From the human T2T-CHM13v2.0 reference genome, Homo sapiens, in the NCBI RefSeq assembly GCF_009914755.1, contig NC_060932.1: a DNA stretch of 64,000 nucleotides. One strand, 5' to 3'. The position numbers and the translations under genes were made by a program. The notes below the pieces were generated by a model. It did no database searches. It was not told the DNA's origin and saw only the letters and a list, made by a program, of their open reading frames with translations. Below are positions 1 through 16,394 of this stretch, piece after piece. How positions within the stretch are numbered: the stretch's first letter is position 1; the number at the start of each line of letters is the position of its first letter.

Positions 1-548
1 TCACTAAAGGGAGATAGGAAGGAAGGAAGGAAAGAAAGAACACCACAAAACAACCAGAAAACAACAAAATGGCAGAAGTCCTTACTTATCAATAATGATA
101 TTGATGTAAATGGGCTAAACTCTCCAATCAAAAGACACAGTGGCTGAATGGATGAAAACACAAGACCCATTGATATGGTGCCTACAAGAAACACACTTCA
201 CCTACAAAGACACATACAAACTAAAAATAAAGGGATGGAAAAACATGTTCCATGTCAATGGAAACAAAAAAAAAAAAGCAGGAGTAGCTATACTTCTATC
301 AGACAAAACAGATTTCAAGACAAAAACTGTAAGAAGAGACAAAGAAGGTCACTATATAATGATAAAGGGGTCAATTCAGTAAGAGGATATAACAATTTTA
401 AATATATATGTACCCAACACTGGAGCACTCTGATATATAAAGGAAATATTATTAGAACTACAAAGAGAGATAGGTCCCAATGCAACAATAGCTGGAGACT
501 TCAACCTCTGACTTTCAGCATTGGACAGATCCTCCAGAGAGAAAAATA
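1..548 (+). mobile_element. Old L1 fragment (inter-ORF region and ORF2 endonuclease N-terminus)
   Basis: ORF 140..382 WCLQETH...KAGVAIL...DKEGHYIMIKGSIQ is the L1 ORF2p APE domain; disrupted. Confidence 0.88.
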
Positions 549-707
549 ACAAAGAAATTGTATCAAAGTCAATGTCCTCATTGTGATATTGTACTATAGT
601 TATGCAAGATGTTACCATTGGGGAAAAATATATGAAAGATACACAGTATATCTTTGTATTATTTCTTTTTTAATTTTTCTTTATTTTAAAAAAATGGTTT
701 TAATAAA

Positions 708-825
708 ATAGAGATGGAGTCTTACTGTGTTGCCCAGGCTGGTCTCAAATTCCTCGCCTCAAGCGATCCTCCTGCCTCAGTCTCCCAAAGTGCTGAGATT
801 ACAGGCATGAGCCATCATGCTTAGC
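708..825 (-). mobile_element. FLAM / Alu left monomer inside an L1M 3'-end fragment (~565-870)
   Basis: cccaaagtgctgagattacaggcatgagcc motif, single arm only. Confidence 0.8.
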
Positions 826-1200
826 CTTCTTTGACTATAAGTTTACAGTTATCTTAAAATAAAAAGTCTACTGTAGATAAGTGACACAATCAGATCGATC
901 ACACTCACATGGAACAATTCACCGATCTTCAAATGGTATATATTTTTTTCCACTATGCCCATTCTCTTTCCCTTGCTTCAAGTCCCTCAAGTTCCCAGGT
1001 AAAATATTACCTCCTCTCTATATCCTGTGCATATACCATACTTTCTTTTATTATACTAATGTCACATGTATGTTCTTCCCATCACACTATGACCACAAGG
1101 ATTTGATCATGTTTCACCCTTGTATTCTCAGCATAGCACTTAGTCTATAGTAATACTCAAAAAAAGTTTATTAAGATGATAAATCTGCAACTTTAGCTAC

Positions 1201-1278
<78 letters not shown>

Positions 1279-1281
1279 GCA
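1201..1281. repeat. (TA)n(CA)n compound microsatellite
   Basis: Directly visible. Confidence 0.97.
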
Positions 1282-1336
1282 CCCCAACTTTATGAAATAC
1301 CAATCATAAAAATGTCACATATAGAAGAATGTGCTC

Positions 1337-3191
1337 CAAGCTGACAGCCAAATCAGGAACATACCCCTATTCACAACTGCCACAAAAAACATACCTAGGA
1401 ATATAGCTAGCAATATAGCTAGGAATACCTAGGAATACAACTAAGAAGGGAGGTGAAAATTTTCTACAAGGAGAACTACAAAACATTGCTCAAAGAAATC
1501 AGAGGTGACACAAACAAATGGAAAAACATTCCATACTCATGGATAAGAAGAATCAATATAATTAAAATGGCTATACTGCCCCAAGCAATTTATAGATTCA
1601 ATGCTATTCCTATTAGACTACCATTGAGATTCTTCACAGAACTAGAAAAAACTATTTTAAAATTCATATGGAACCAAAAAGAGCCTAAACAGCCAAGGCA
1701 ATCCTAAGCAAAAAGAGTAAAGCTGGAGCCATCACACTACCCGAATTCAAACTATACTACAGGTCTATGGTAACCATAACAGCATGGTACTGGTACAATA
1801 ACAGACACACAGACCAATCAAACAATAGAGAATGCAGAAATAAGACCACATACCTACAACTATCTGATCTTTGAAAAACCCAACAAAAACAAGCAATGGG
1901 GAAAGAATTCCCTATTCAATAAATGGAGCTAGGATAACTGGCTGGCCATATGCAGAAGACTGAAACTGGATCCCTTCCTTATACCACACACAACAATTAA
2001 CACAAAAAGACTTAAATGTAAAACTTAAAAGCTATAAAAACCATGGAAGACAACCTAGGCAATACCATTCAGGACATAGGCACAGGCAAAGATTTCCTGA
2101 CAAAGATGCCAAAAGCAATTGCAACAAAAGCAAAAATTGACAAATTGGATCTATCTAAACTAAAGAGCTTCTGCACAGCAAAGGAAACTATCAACAGAGT
2201 GAACAGACAACCTATGGAATGGGAGAAAATTTTTGCAAACTATGCATCAAACGAAGATCTAATATCCAGCATTTGTAAGGAACTTAAACAAATTTACAAG
2301 AAAAAAAGCCATTAAAAAGTAGGTAAAGGACATGAACACTTTCAAAAGAAGACATACATGTGGCCAACAGTCATATGAAAAGAAGCTCAACATCACTGAT
2401 CATTAGAGAAATGCAAATCAAAACCACACTGAGATACCATCTCAAGCCAGTCAGAATGGCTATTAGTAAAAAGTCAAAAAATAACAGATGCTGATGAGGT
2501 TGTGGAGAAAAAGGAAGACTTATACACTGTTGGTGGGAGTGTAAATTAGTTCAACCACTGTGGGAGATAGTGCAGCAATTCCTCAAAGCCCTAACAAGAG
2601 AAATACCATTTGATACAGCAATCCCATTACTGGGTATATACCCAAAGGAATATAAATCATGCTATTATAAAGACACATGCATGTGTATGTTCATTGCAGC
2701 ACTATTCACAATAGCAAAGATAAGGAATCAACCTAAATGCCCATCAGTGATAGACTGGATAAAGAAAATGTGGTACATATATACCATGGAATACTATGCA
2801 GCCATAAAAAAGAACAAGTTTATGTCCTTTGCAGGAATATGGATGGAACTGGAGGCCATTATCCTCAGCAAACTAACACAGGAACAGATAACCAAATATA
2901 TCATGTTCTCACTTATAAGTGGGAGCTAAATGATGAGAACACATGGATACACAGAGGGGAACAACACACACTGGGGCCTATCAGAGGGTGGAAGATAGAA
3001 AGGAAGGAGAGGATCAGGAAAAATAACTAATGGATATAAGGCTTAACACCTGGGTGATGAAATAATCCATACAACAAACCCCTAATGACACAAGTTTACC
3101 TATGTAACAAACCTGCACATGTACCCCTGTACTTAAAATAGAAGTTAAAAGTAAATAAATAAATAAAACATAAATTCTGCTGAAAAAAAAA
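1337..3191 (+). mobile_element. 5'-truncated L1 (older L1PA type): ORF2 C-terminus, 3' UTR and A-tail
   Basis: ORFs 1453..1707, 2043..2315 and 2570..2929 are L1 ORF2p pieces; probable TSD aagaatgtgctc (1325-1336) / aagaatatgccc (3192-3203). Confidence 0.93.
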
Positions 3192-3427
3192 AAGAATATG
3201 CCCACCAAAGTTAAAAGGCAACTTAAATACTGTCCCGCCTTATTATGGATTTAAAGTCACCCAAACATCCAAATTATCTAAAGGACAAGTACCTTAAAGA
3301 AGGCCAAAGATACAATAGTCTTGTCATTTTATGTTTCCATAAGTTATATATCCGTAAGACAAAAAAAGTATAACTCATAACTGGCGTAAGGAAAGTGAAA
3401 GTAAGTAACTGATTCATGTTTTCTTAC

Positions 3428-3589
3428 CAATACAGAAGTAAAGGTTTTAAAACTTCAGACTGAATATTTCTTAAATGCTCTTCATTCCACTGTGATCCAT
3501 CTAACAGTTTAAATTTTGATAAGATTTCTGCAGAAAGGTAGTAATCTCCATTGCTCACTAGATAGCATTTTTTCATCTTCTCAAGATGT
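3428..3589 (-). CDS. RGS22: RGS22 exon 9 (RHLEKMKKCYL...KPLLLYW); gene continues beyond window start
   Basis: Within ORF 3424..3642(-); tttcag acceptor, TG|GTAAGA donor, 162 nt, phase 2-2. Confidence 0.93.
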
Positions 3590-4252
3590 CTGAAATAAAA
3601 CACATTTCCATATATACACACACACATTGGTAGAATATTCAACTACCAAAATGTAGTTGAATATTCAGGAGAATAAACACAAGTTAAAGACTTTCCTAAA
3701 ACAGGGTTCTCTTAAGGTTCTTCAACTTACAGTAATCTAAAACATACAGAGCTGACCAAAGACCTGAGCCCCATCAGACCTCCAAGAAGTTCTCTAGTGG
3801 AGAGACTCATCCAGATACCCAGCTACCTGGCATCCAACCAAGGTTATGGAATTTGTTAACCAAGCAGGCTGCTAGGGAGAGTAGGTGTCTATTTTATGCT
3901 AGTGTGGTTATATAACTGATAAATTATTTTATTCTATAAAAATTATACATCATTTTAATGTTATAAAAATGAAAATAGAATAATTAATTTGAAAGTAGTT
4001 CTAGAATGTATGGGCAGAAACATTACGCAAACCCAAATAACTGTTATCATTAGTATCTGAAAACTATGAAATCAGAAAACTAGTGTGATCAATATTTACT
4101 ATTATAATAAGTTTTATTATCATTCATTCCTCCAAGAGTAAAAAATTACATTTTTTAAAATTTACTTTGGGCTTTCTCCCTGTGCTAAATAACCCAAATT
4201 AATATTCATAATTTGTTTTTAAAACTATTGAAAAATAAAAAAATAGAATTAC

Positions 4253-4880
4253 CTTTGATGTCTTCCAGGATCCTTAAGAACTTTTAACCTCTCAATATCC
4301 ATCCATAGCCACCAATATCTCTCTCCCAATGTACCTTTTATAAATTTCTTAAATCTTTCAAACTCCTTTCTATTGCCAATGTCATAAGTCCTATGAGAAA
4401 TACACCAGTCCGCCCTGCTCTCTGGTCCAGCGCTCTCATTCTTTGAACTTAAACTTGTTTGTTCTATCTCTTCTGACCTCTCCTTTGTAGTTTGAACTAA
4501 TTCACTTAAAAAATTCTTGCCATGAATAGACTCAAAACAATCATCAAATGACACTTTTGTTATATTGTTGAAGTTTATATAGTCTGGGGTTTCTCCAACT
4601 GGCTTTCCAACAATTTGCTGAATTGCTCCTCTCAAAATAAAGTATATATAGGAGCTTAAAAATTCTTCACATGTTGAGAAATGCATTGTCAGGCTTTCAT
4701 CAACATCCTGTTTCTTTTCAAGGTATACTCTCAGAAGAGCTTGAGAAGGAGTGTCTTGTAGAGATACAGACACCTCTTCTTCTTCTCCTTCTTCTTCTTC
4801 AAATTCAGAAATCAATTTGTTGGTTTTAGATGGGTCCTTTTTTGTCCTAGGGTGAACTCCATCATCAAAGATAAAATTCT
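4253..4880 (-). CDS. RGS22: RGS22 exon 8 (ENFIFDD...acidic EEEEGEEEE...KDPGRHQ)
   Basis: Contains ORF 4249..4815(-); atacag acceptor, AAG|GTAATT donor, 628 nt, phase 1-2. Confidence 0.95.
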
Positions 4881-5022
4881 CTGTATTAAGTCATAAAAAG
4901 CTATTAGATTAGATATGAATACAAACCTTTCTTATTATTAAATAGATGCTATAGAGCCAGAATGGCAAATGGGTTTATCATAGGTAGTGACTGCATGGAC
5001 CGGTGTCTTAAGAAGGATTCTG

Positions 5023-5349
<327 letters not shown>

Positions 5350-7003
5350 CTACATTTGGAACCAGTAGAAAAAAACTGCCAATGGGAATTAACCTTGTCT
5401 TCCCTGGATTTGGAGGAAAAGAATGGTGGCAGATGGACTAAATATTTGACATCCCTAACACACAGAAGATATTCAAAAATACATTATGTACTTTTAAAAT
5501 GTAATATTCCAGACTGATATATAATATCAATATATAAGGGCCAAATCTATTAAGGAATTAGAATATGTATACTAAATGATTATATGTGCTTTGATATTTC
5601 ATGTTGTATGATAAAAGAAAATTCACTACCATAGATTGAGACCATGTATGAACAGACCAGAACTGGAAACAATAATAGCAAGTTTTAAAATTCACCATTT
5701 CATTAAAAGATTCAATTACTATCAAACTTACAGTCTATCATTAAACTTACAAAATGGCACGAGATACTTATGAAGGTTTACAAAGGGATTATTTGTATGC
5801 TTTTTCTAAAGATATAGTATTCAGCTCCTATTTTCTCTTTCAAAAATCAGTGACATGTCTGACGTTAGTGCTTTATTTCACATAGTAAATCTGCGCCTTG
5901 AATTGCCACAGATCAGTTAACTGTTGTCATCCATGCCCCATTCTCAATGACCATTTTCTCAATTACCAGAGTTCAAATCTCAATGAACTGGAAACATTTC
6001 ATTACAATTTTTATTGCAAGTAAATTCCCCAATATTGAGAGATTAGACTTTGTAAATCTGTGAGAGGATGCTGGATGTACACTCAATCCCATGGAACTGA
6101 AGGGAGGATGTCGCACAGAGCGAGGCAGGCATTCCAGCTCACCATCTCCTGCCATTCTTCTCTTCCTGTATACTATTTTTATCTCCAATTATATACTTCA
6201 ATATTTTGGGAAAACAACAAGAAGCCTATGAATCCAGGTATTTTCAATTGGGGAGATTATTTTCTTCTTTACCTAGACTCAGGTTCAATTCTAGGGAATC
6301 CAGATTTAACTTCCCCAGAGGTTGCTTATACTTCTTAAAGAGATTAGTTAAGAACTGTAAGTGAATTCCTGGGTTCTTCTTCTGAGTCCTCACACTTAAG
6401 TTTTTTTCTCTAACAATATCACTGTTAATGACTCCCATTTCTGGAAGATTCCTTTTATTTTTATGAAAAGTCAGTATATCCACAAAGCTCCCCACAGTAG
6501 AAATTTATCTGCTTTTTAAGGTGAAAAATAGTCTGAACTTAAAAACAGAAGGGAAACTCAATTTCCATCAATAATTTTTTTTTAGGAAGGGAAAAATGTT
6601 GTACCCACTTTATTGCAAAGACTTAACAAGAATTTATAAACTGTGATAAGAAATAATGACATTGATTGACTGCATATTAGGTACCAAGCACCAGGCCAGG
6701 CATTTTCTATCCATTTAGTATATATCATTATTCTAATCTTACAGATGAGAAAAGGCAAGGCTCCCAGAAGTGGAAAAACTCATCAAACATCACACAGCTA
6801 ATAAATATCAGAGTTGCATTCTAAACCCATCTCCTTTTCACTATACAAAGTTGTCTCTCAAAAAACATAGGAAGTCGAGTGAGGCAAAGCGTATGTGGAT
6901 AATTTTTTCTCCCCAACCACTAAGTACTGTACTGTAAAATTAGAACAAACAAACAAAAACTTAAAGAGAAGTTCTGAAGTCATTCTTGTCCTTTTCTGCT
7001 TAC

Positions 7004-7133
7004 CAGAAACAGATGAAATAGCTGGTGATTTAAGTTTGTTGTAGGGTACACAACAGGGTAACGAAAAGGTTGATACTGTTTGCTGACTTTGTTTTGCTAA
7101 TGCAAACCAATCTTTTGTTTGAGTATAGGAAGC
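7004..7133 (-). CDS. RGS22: RGS22 exon 7 (ASYTQTKDW...AISSVS)
   Basis: cttcttcctag acceptor, TCTG|GTAAGC donor, 130 nt, phase 0-1. Confidence 0.92.
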
Positions 7134-8308
7134 CTAGGAAGAAGGGAGCATATTAGTTTAACATATGATTAGCAGTATTACTCTGATCACAAACCTGGAA
7201 AAATCATTATAATAATATTCAACTTGCACAGTACAATATGTAAAGTGAAAATTATCTCATGAAGGAAAATAAAATTCTACTGAAAAAATTAATTAGCTAA
7301 GAGGACACTGAAGGAAATTTCAATCCAGATTTTTTTTTCATATTTGATAACCAAAGGAAAATATGTGTCCAATACCTATAAATTCTCCACTCTCACTCTC
7401 AGACTATTGTTGACCAAAGGCATGAAACCCTACTTCCTGGATTCACTACAATCCTGGTGATGGGCAGTCACCAGGCCCATCAATCCTTTTGCTAGCTGCT
7501 CCCCTTTACAACTTTCCCAATTACTTCAGGTCCCCCATTCTGTCTCACCTGGCTCAGTGTTTTTAACAACTGCTCCCCCAGTATGACAGAGACACTATTC
7601 TTAGTGCCACTGGAACCTCTCCAAACTCAGCTGCCCCTTTGCATTAGATTCAGTTTTCACAAGTTTGCTTAGATTGAATGCTTCTTGCAGACTGATTCCT
7701 GACTCCATCTGCCCCTGAATGGAGCATTCCATTTTTCCTTTCCTCTATGTACCCCTGAACTAGCCAATTCAATTCTGAAGTTGATCCTTAGCTTCTAGAA
7801 CCCCAGCCCTAAGAAGCTCCTATCCTAGCCTTCTTGGGAAGATTCCTCTGCCTGCCTCTCTCTGTAATGTCCTTTTTTATTTTTACTAGAGAATCCAAGT
7901 TGTTCAACAAGAGCAGAGAAGAGAGTTTCCAGCATTCCTCTCATTTCTGATTTATCCAACTCAGTCAGCTGGTTGGTCAGCACTTAGTCTAAGAAACACT
8001 TGGAGAATAGGTACCTCAAATGGAAGAAAAATTACTCCCTATCTATTAAGCAGAATTAACATAGCAAGTCAAGCCACATAAGAAGACCAAAGCAAGACAG
8101 AGAAATCAGAGGTGGCATCTATGTAGTCACCATCCCTCTTAGAGGTAAGGTTTCCTGGGTGCATAAAAGCTTTCAAAGACTAATTCACTTTTGTTCCCCT
8201 TTTCCTTTAAAATCAAGTTACTTATTATTAATTATACATTCATCTAACATATAATTATCGAGTGACTACTTTATTCTAAGCAATAGCCTAAGCAGGAGGC
8301 CAAAATAA

Positions 8309-8759
<451 letters not shown>

Positions 8760-8939
8760 TATACTTTTAAGAGATGTGCCAATTGTTTTTTAGATGGTAT
8801 AACTTAGGGCTCAAAGAAATATTACCAATTATCATGAAGATTAATCCCTATGTATAATCATGACATAAATAATGTAAGGGTCCAAGAACTTTGAATCTGC
8901 AAAATTCAAAAGCTATTGAAAAATGGTAATATATAGTTA

Positions 8940-9261
<322 letters not shown>

Positions 9262-9486
9262 TTACTCAAGTGAATACAAATGAGTTTTTTAATCTCAGAA
9301 AATAGCAAAGGTAAACTAGTTTGGATTTTAACTCCCTTATATTTAATTAAATTCACATATAGCAAATCAGAACTTATTCCCCAGATTGATTCTTCCCTTT
9401 ACATGTTTATTGACCTCAACTATGAGTACATATTTTTTAGGACATTTCCAACATTTCTATAGTATATAAATTAAGGGAAAAAATAT

Positions 9487-9800
9487 GGCCAGGCATAGTG
9501 GCTCACGCCTGTAATACCAACTCTTTGGTAGGCTGAGGTGAGTGAATTGCTGGAGCTCAGCAGTTCAAGACCAGCTTGGGCAACATGGCAAAACCCCGTC
9601 TCTACAAAAAATATACAAAAATTAGCAGGGAGTGGTGGCATATGCCTGTAGTCCCAGCTACTTGGGGGGCAGAGGCAGGAGGATCCCTTGAACCTTGGGA
9701 GGTCAAGGCTGCAGTGAGCTGAGATTGTACCACTGCACTCCAGCATGGGTGATAAAGTGAGACCCTGTCTCAAAAAAAAAAAAAAGAAAGAAGAAAAAAA
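9487..9800 (+). mobile_element. AluJ-like
   Basis: Alu dimer with A-tail. Confidence 0.92.
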
Positions 9801-10630
9801 TACTTAAAATCAGTATAAGAGAGAAGAAAAATGTGCCTTAAATACACCACTAAACATTATCCAGTGGAAATAATGGAACTGGCATAACTGTGAACATTTT
9901 TGACAAATATTGCTGATAGAAATGCTGAACTACAAAATTAATAGCAGATGCAAATGAAAAAAAAAAGTTCAAGTAACCTTAGCCTATCTATTCCAACACA
10001 GAAAGCAAAGAGGCTTCCTCTTGTATGATAATTTTGATCAACTGAAAGTGCCTTATTTGCAAGTTTGGAAGTGCCTATCCAGAATGCTGTGTTGTAAAGA
10101 ATCTGGAGCCAAATCCTAGCTCAGCAGAAAAAATTTCCACAATTGATTAACAATATCTGTCATAGGGAGTAGCAGCACAAGGGCTACATAGATGCCATTC
10201 CTGATTTTGTATAGAATTGTGTATTAGAAGTATAGTTCCAGAGATAAGATCTAACAATTAGAGGCCAAAGATCAAATAACAGTTCTCACTACATTATGAC
10301 TCTCCAAAAGGACATTTGATTCTAGGTTAAATCTCTTCAAATGCTCTCATACAACCTCACATTTCTCTAATCATGGAGGACAAATGTATTTGATAACAAC
10401 TAAACAATAACACATTTTACTACTAAGGAATAACCTAGAGAACAGGAAGGAAAAGACTCAATTTATCTTTTTGTACAAAAGAAATGAATCCAAATTATAG
10501 CAATTTTGGAATGAACAATGAAACCATGGATATAATTCAAGTTACTCTTGCTTCCCAGGTGACACAGCATGTTCTTCAACCTTGCCTTTGTCTCTTCAGA
10601 CACGAGGATAATATTTCTAACTACATTTCA

Positions 10631-12175
<1,545 letters not shown>

Positions 12176-12206
12176 CTAAGTCATGAAAAAATGCTCATAC
12201 TTTTAC

Positions 12207-12375
12207 CTCACCAAGTGATACATAGAACTTTTTCATAATTACAAGATTATCTTCTTCAGTGGCAGGAGGTGGTAGACTGGGTGGTTTTTTCACGATCCAG
12301 GGAGAAAAATTTGATCCTACTGTGAAATTCATGCCGGACTTGCTCCATCTTACTTGTGAGACCAATTTGGCTAAC
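12207..12375 (-). CDS. RGS22: RGS22 exon 6 (RLAKLVSQ...FYVSLGE)
   Basis: atgcag acceptor, GAG|GTAAAA donor, 169 nt, phase 2-0, open frame. Confidence 0.92.
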
Positions 12376-12753
12376 CTGCATTTTAGAAATCATACAAATT
12401 TAAAACAAGTTTCAAATATGGCAGAATTCAGGGAAAAAACCTAAAATTTTATGTATTCAAGCCAATCTCCTCTCCTCACTCTTGATGATGATTTTCTTTG
12501 GCTCTGCTAAAATTAATAGCTTATTCATAAAACTACTAATTAGTTAATAATTATTCATTTTAATTGATTTTGACTTAAAAATTGTTGTTCAGAGGTCAAA
12601 TTTTAGGTTCTTACATGTTAAAAGTCAGGGAACATAAAGGAAAAACTTGGCTCTGGACTACGGCATTCTATGTTTTTCGCGTCACACTAGTATTCATTGT
12701 TAAACGCCCTGCACCTAAATACCATTATCACCAATAGATAATTTTTAAAATAT

Positions 12754-12936
12754 GGCTGGTTGGAGAGGCTCACGCCTGTAATCCCAGGTTTTGGGAGGCC
12801 AAGGCAGGAGGCTCTCTTGAAGCCAGGAGTTCGAGACCAGCCTGGGCAATATAGCAAGACCCTGACTCTACAAAGAATTTAAAAGATTTGCCACACATGG
12901 TGGCATACAGCTGTAGTCCTAGCAAATTGGGAGGCT
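12754..12936 (+). mobile_element. 3'-truncated AluJ-like
   Basis: Left arm and start of right arm, ending abruptly at gggaggct. Confidence 0.85.
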
Positions 12937-12982
12937 AATATATATGTATTTAAAAATACATATATTGATGGGACTATAGTAC

Positions 12983-13068
12983 CTGTATTCAAAGTAACAA
13001 TCACTTTCCAGAAATGCTGGAAGTCTTTCTTTTTTGATCCACTTAATACCTTCTTCACGACTGAGACA
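12983..13068 (-). CDS. RGS22: RGS22 exon 5 (CLSREEGIKWIKKERLPAFLESDCYFEY)
   Basis: Long pyrimidine tract+catag acceptor, CAG|GTACTA donor, 86 nt, phase 0-2. Confidence 0.92.
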
Positions 13069-15547
13069 CTATGAGAAGAAAGAGAAAAAGAAAAAGAAGG
13101 TCAGAGAAAATCACTTTTAGGATGATTAACACCTAATAGTGAGAGCAATAATGACCTCCAGCTGTCAGCAGGAGCCCTACCCCTAGGTCTTCTATTTCCA
13201 CTAGAGAGATCAATAAACCTGAGCCACAAATGTGAGGCACTTCTTGCCCCTGGTACGTTTTAATTCTCTTAACAATCCTATATTAACTATATGTTATTTC
13301 AATTTTTACAGATTAACAAATCGAATCCAGAGAAGTTAAGTAACTTGTTGAAGGAGGGAGAATGAGGGAAAAAAAGCCAATGCATCTCAGTATTTTCACA
13401 GTCATAAAATGGGTTAAAAATAATCACAAACAGAAAAAGAACCACCAAGAAAACTTGGTAAGGCCACCAAAGTCACTGCAGGCCCCTTGTTCTTCAAGTT
13501 TAAAAAAATGTTTTAACTATTTAACATCTCCAGGCGCTCTCTTACTGATACAAAAGTTAACAATGATAGTAGAGTGTTACAAATACTACAGTGTAGGCTT
13601 CTGTGGGAGCCTACAGAGACACTCAACTTAGGAGAGGTTTCCCACAGAACACGCACTTCACTCTTTGACCCGAAGCAAAGCTAGCTAGGTTGAGCAGGGA
13701 AGCAAAAGAGGAGACAAACCATAAGTGTAGCAGTATTAGGTCACAGGATGAGAGAGAGAAAGGTTGGAGAGGTAGAAAGGGTCATGATTGCAAATAGCCT
13801 TTTAAATAACATTAAGGAGTATAGATTTTATCTTGAGGTTGTGAGAGCAATACAGAATTACTGAAGAGTTACTGTTGTTCATCCTAAAATACTTACTCAC
13901 TCTTGATTCTACTTTTTCTTGTATTCACTTTTTCTAGAATTCTAAATAATATCAGTACCTTGGACACAAAACATATGTTACTAATAAATAAAACAATCTC
14001 AGTGAGGTAAATGTATTTGCATTTATGTGGCTTCCATGGACAATCTAAGGTGATAGTTTTGCTATGATATTGCATAAGAGTTAACACATAGACCATTACA
14101 AACTCTAGTGAGGAAATTGAATGTCCATACAGAGTGTTGCCGACATCCAATGTGCTGATGCTCATGAGGGTGATGTGTGCTCATCATTGCTGATACGCGC
14201 AGAAGTCTTTAGGCATTCAGGATTGGAACATAAAATAGTTTCCTTCTAATCAGCAAAAAACAAAACAAAAAAAAAAACAAAAAAAACATGTATTTGCCTT
14301 CACCAAACACTATCTTCTGCATAATGAAAGAATAGAAGAAAACCATGGAAATAGCCAGCACCTAATCAGCAGCACCTTGTTGACAATCTCACTGCTTATC
14401 AGTGAGATCTGAAGGACATTTGGATCTTGTAGTTAGAAAGACTCTGCATAGGCTACACACTGACAAGCATGCAGGACTCCTGAACGCCCACTAGCGCTAC
14501 ATTCAATGTATCACAGAAAGATACCAAACTACATATAAAGATCCACATAAACCCTTAAAGAATTCTATAAGGTTGTCAAACTAGTCAGTTCATTCAAAAC
14601 CAATTTGCTGAATATTCAGCTAGTAAACAGTTTACCTATAATTCATCCTCTTTTGAGTGTTTTTGTACCTATGTGACCTAAAAATAAAATGAATTAAAAA
14701 GTTTAAAAAGAATAAAATAAAAAATTGAAGAAAAGTCTTTAGCCAAGCTGAAAACAAAACTCTTCATGGTTTTAAAAAGTAACTAAATACAAAGACCAAA
14801 AACATACAAGACAATCCTGATCAACCATAAAATAACTTAATAAATACTTATAAGAAACACAAAAAGAATCTATCTAAGGTGAAATTATTTAAACCTTAAA
14901 AAAATTTCTTTAAGTTGGTTAAGAAACAAAAAGGGATGACCAGAAGGTTAAGGGAAGATGGCTTTAGGTAAATCAATACAGAACCATTTCCAAATAGCCA
15001 TACACAAGCTGTCTAAAATGCCTACAGAATTGGATTAATAAAAAATTATATTTAGATGTACAAGGCAAACAAAGCATCGTTATCAGCCAATAGATCTTAT
15101 TGGTTAGATTTATTGAGGTATAAATTACATACAGTGAAATCCACCCTTTTTAATACAGTTCTACAAGTTTTGACAAATGCATATAATCATGTAACCAGGA
15201 CTACAATCAAGATACAGAATAGTTCCAACACCCTCCAAATGTCCTCATGGCACTTTGTAGTCAGCAACTCCCTCCAACCCTAGGCTCTGGCAACCACTGA
15301 TCTGTTCCGTAGTTTTGCCTTTTCCAGAATGTCATATAAATGGAATCAATATAGTATGTACTTTTGATTCTAGTATCTTTCATTCAGCATAAAGCATTTA
15401 AGATTTATCTATGTTCTTTCATGTATAAATACTTCATTCTTTTTTGTTGCTGAGTAATATTCCACTGTATGGATATACCACAGTTTGTTTATCCATTCCC
15501 CAGTTAAAGGAATCTGGATAACTTTCAGCTTTTGTGATCATGAATAA

Positions 15548-15905
<358 letters not shown>

Positions 15906-15978
15906 GCATGCAGGTTTTTGTGTGAGTATAACTTTTCATTTCTTTTGGGTAATACTCGGGAGTAGGATAGATGGGCAG

Positions 15979-16394
15979 TGATATGGTATGGATATTTGCC
16001 TCCTCCAAATCTCATACTGAATGTGATCCCCAATGCTGGAGGTAGGGCCTAGTGGGAGAGATGTCTTGGTCATGGGAGCGAATCCCTCATGAATGTCTTG
16101 GTGTCCTCCTCATGGTAATAAGTGAGTTCTCACTGTTAGTTCAGGTGAGACCTGGTTGTTTAAAGAGCCTGGTGCCTCCCTACTCTCTCCCTTGCTACCT
16201 CTCTTGCCATGTGATATTCCTGCTCCCTCTTTGTCTTCCACCATGAGTGGGAGCTTCCTGAGGCCCTCACCAGAAGCAGATGCTAGTGCCATGCTTCTTA
16301 TACAGTCTATAGAACCATAAGCCAAATAAACCTCTTTCTTTACAAATTACCTGGTTTTGAGTATTCCTTTATAGCAACACAAATGGACTATAGA
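15979..16394 (+). mobile_element. MaLR solo LTR (MSTA/MSTB-like)
   Basis: Starts tgatatggt...ccaaatctcat; aataaacctctt; ends ttatagcaacacaaatggacta. Confidence 0.85.

Noticed and set aside
10541-10625. Exon-like purine-rich stretch in intron 6 next to the retrocopy
   Set aside because: Poor pyrimidine tract, weak donor (AGA|GTAACT) and a stop codon in the phase of intron 6
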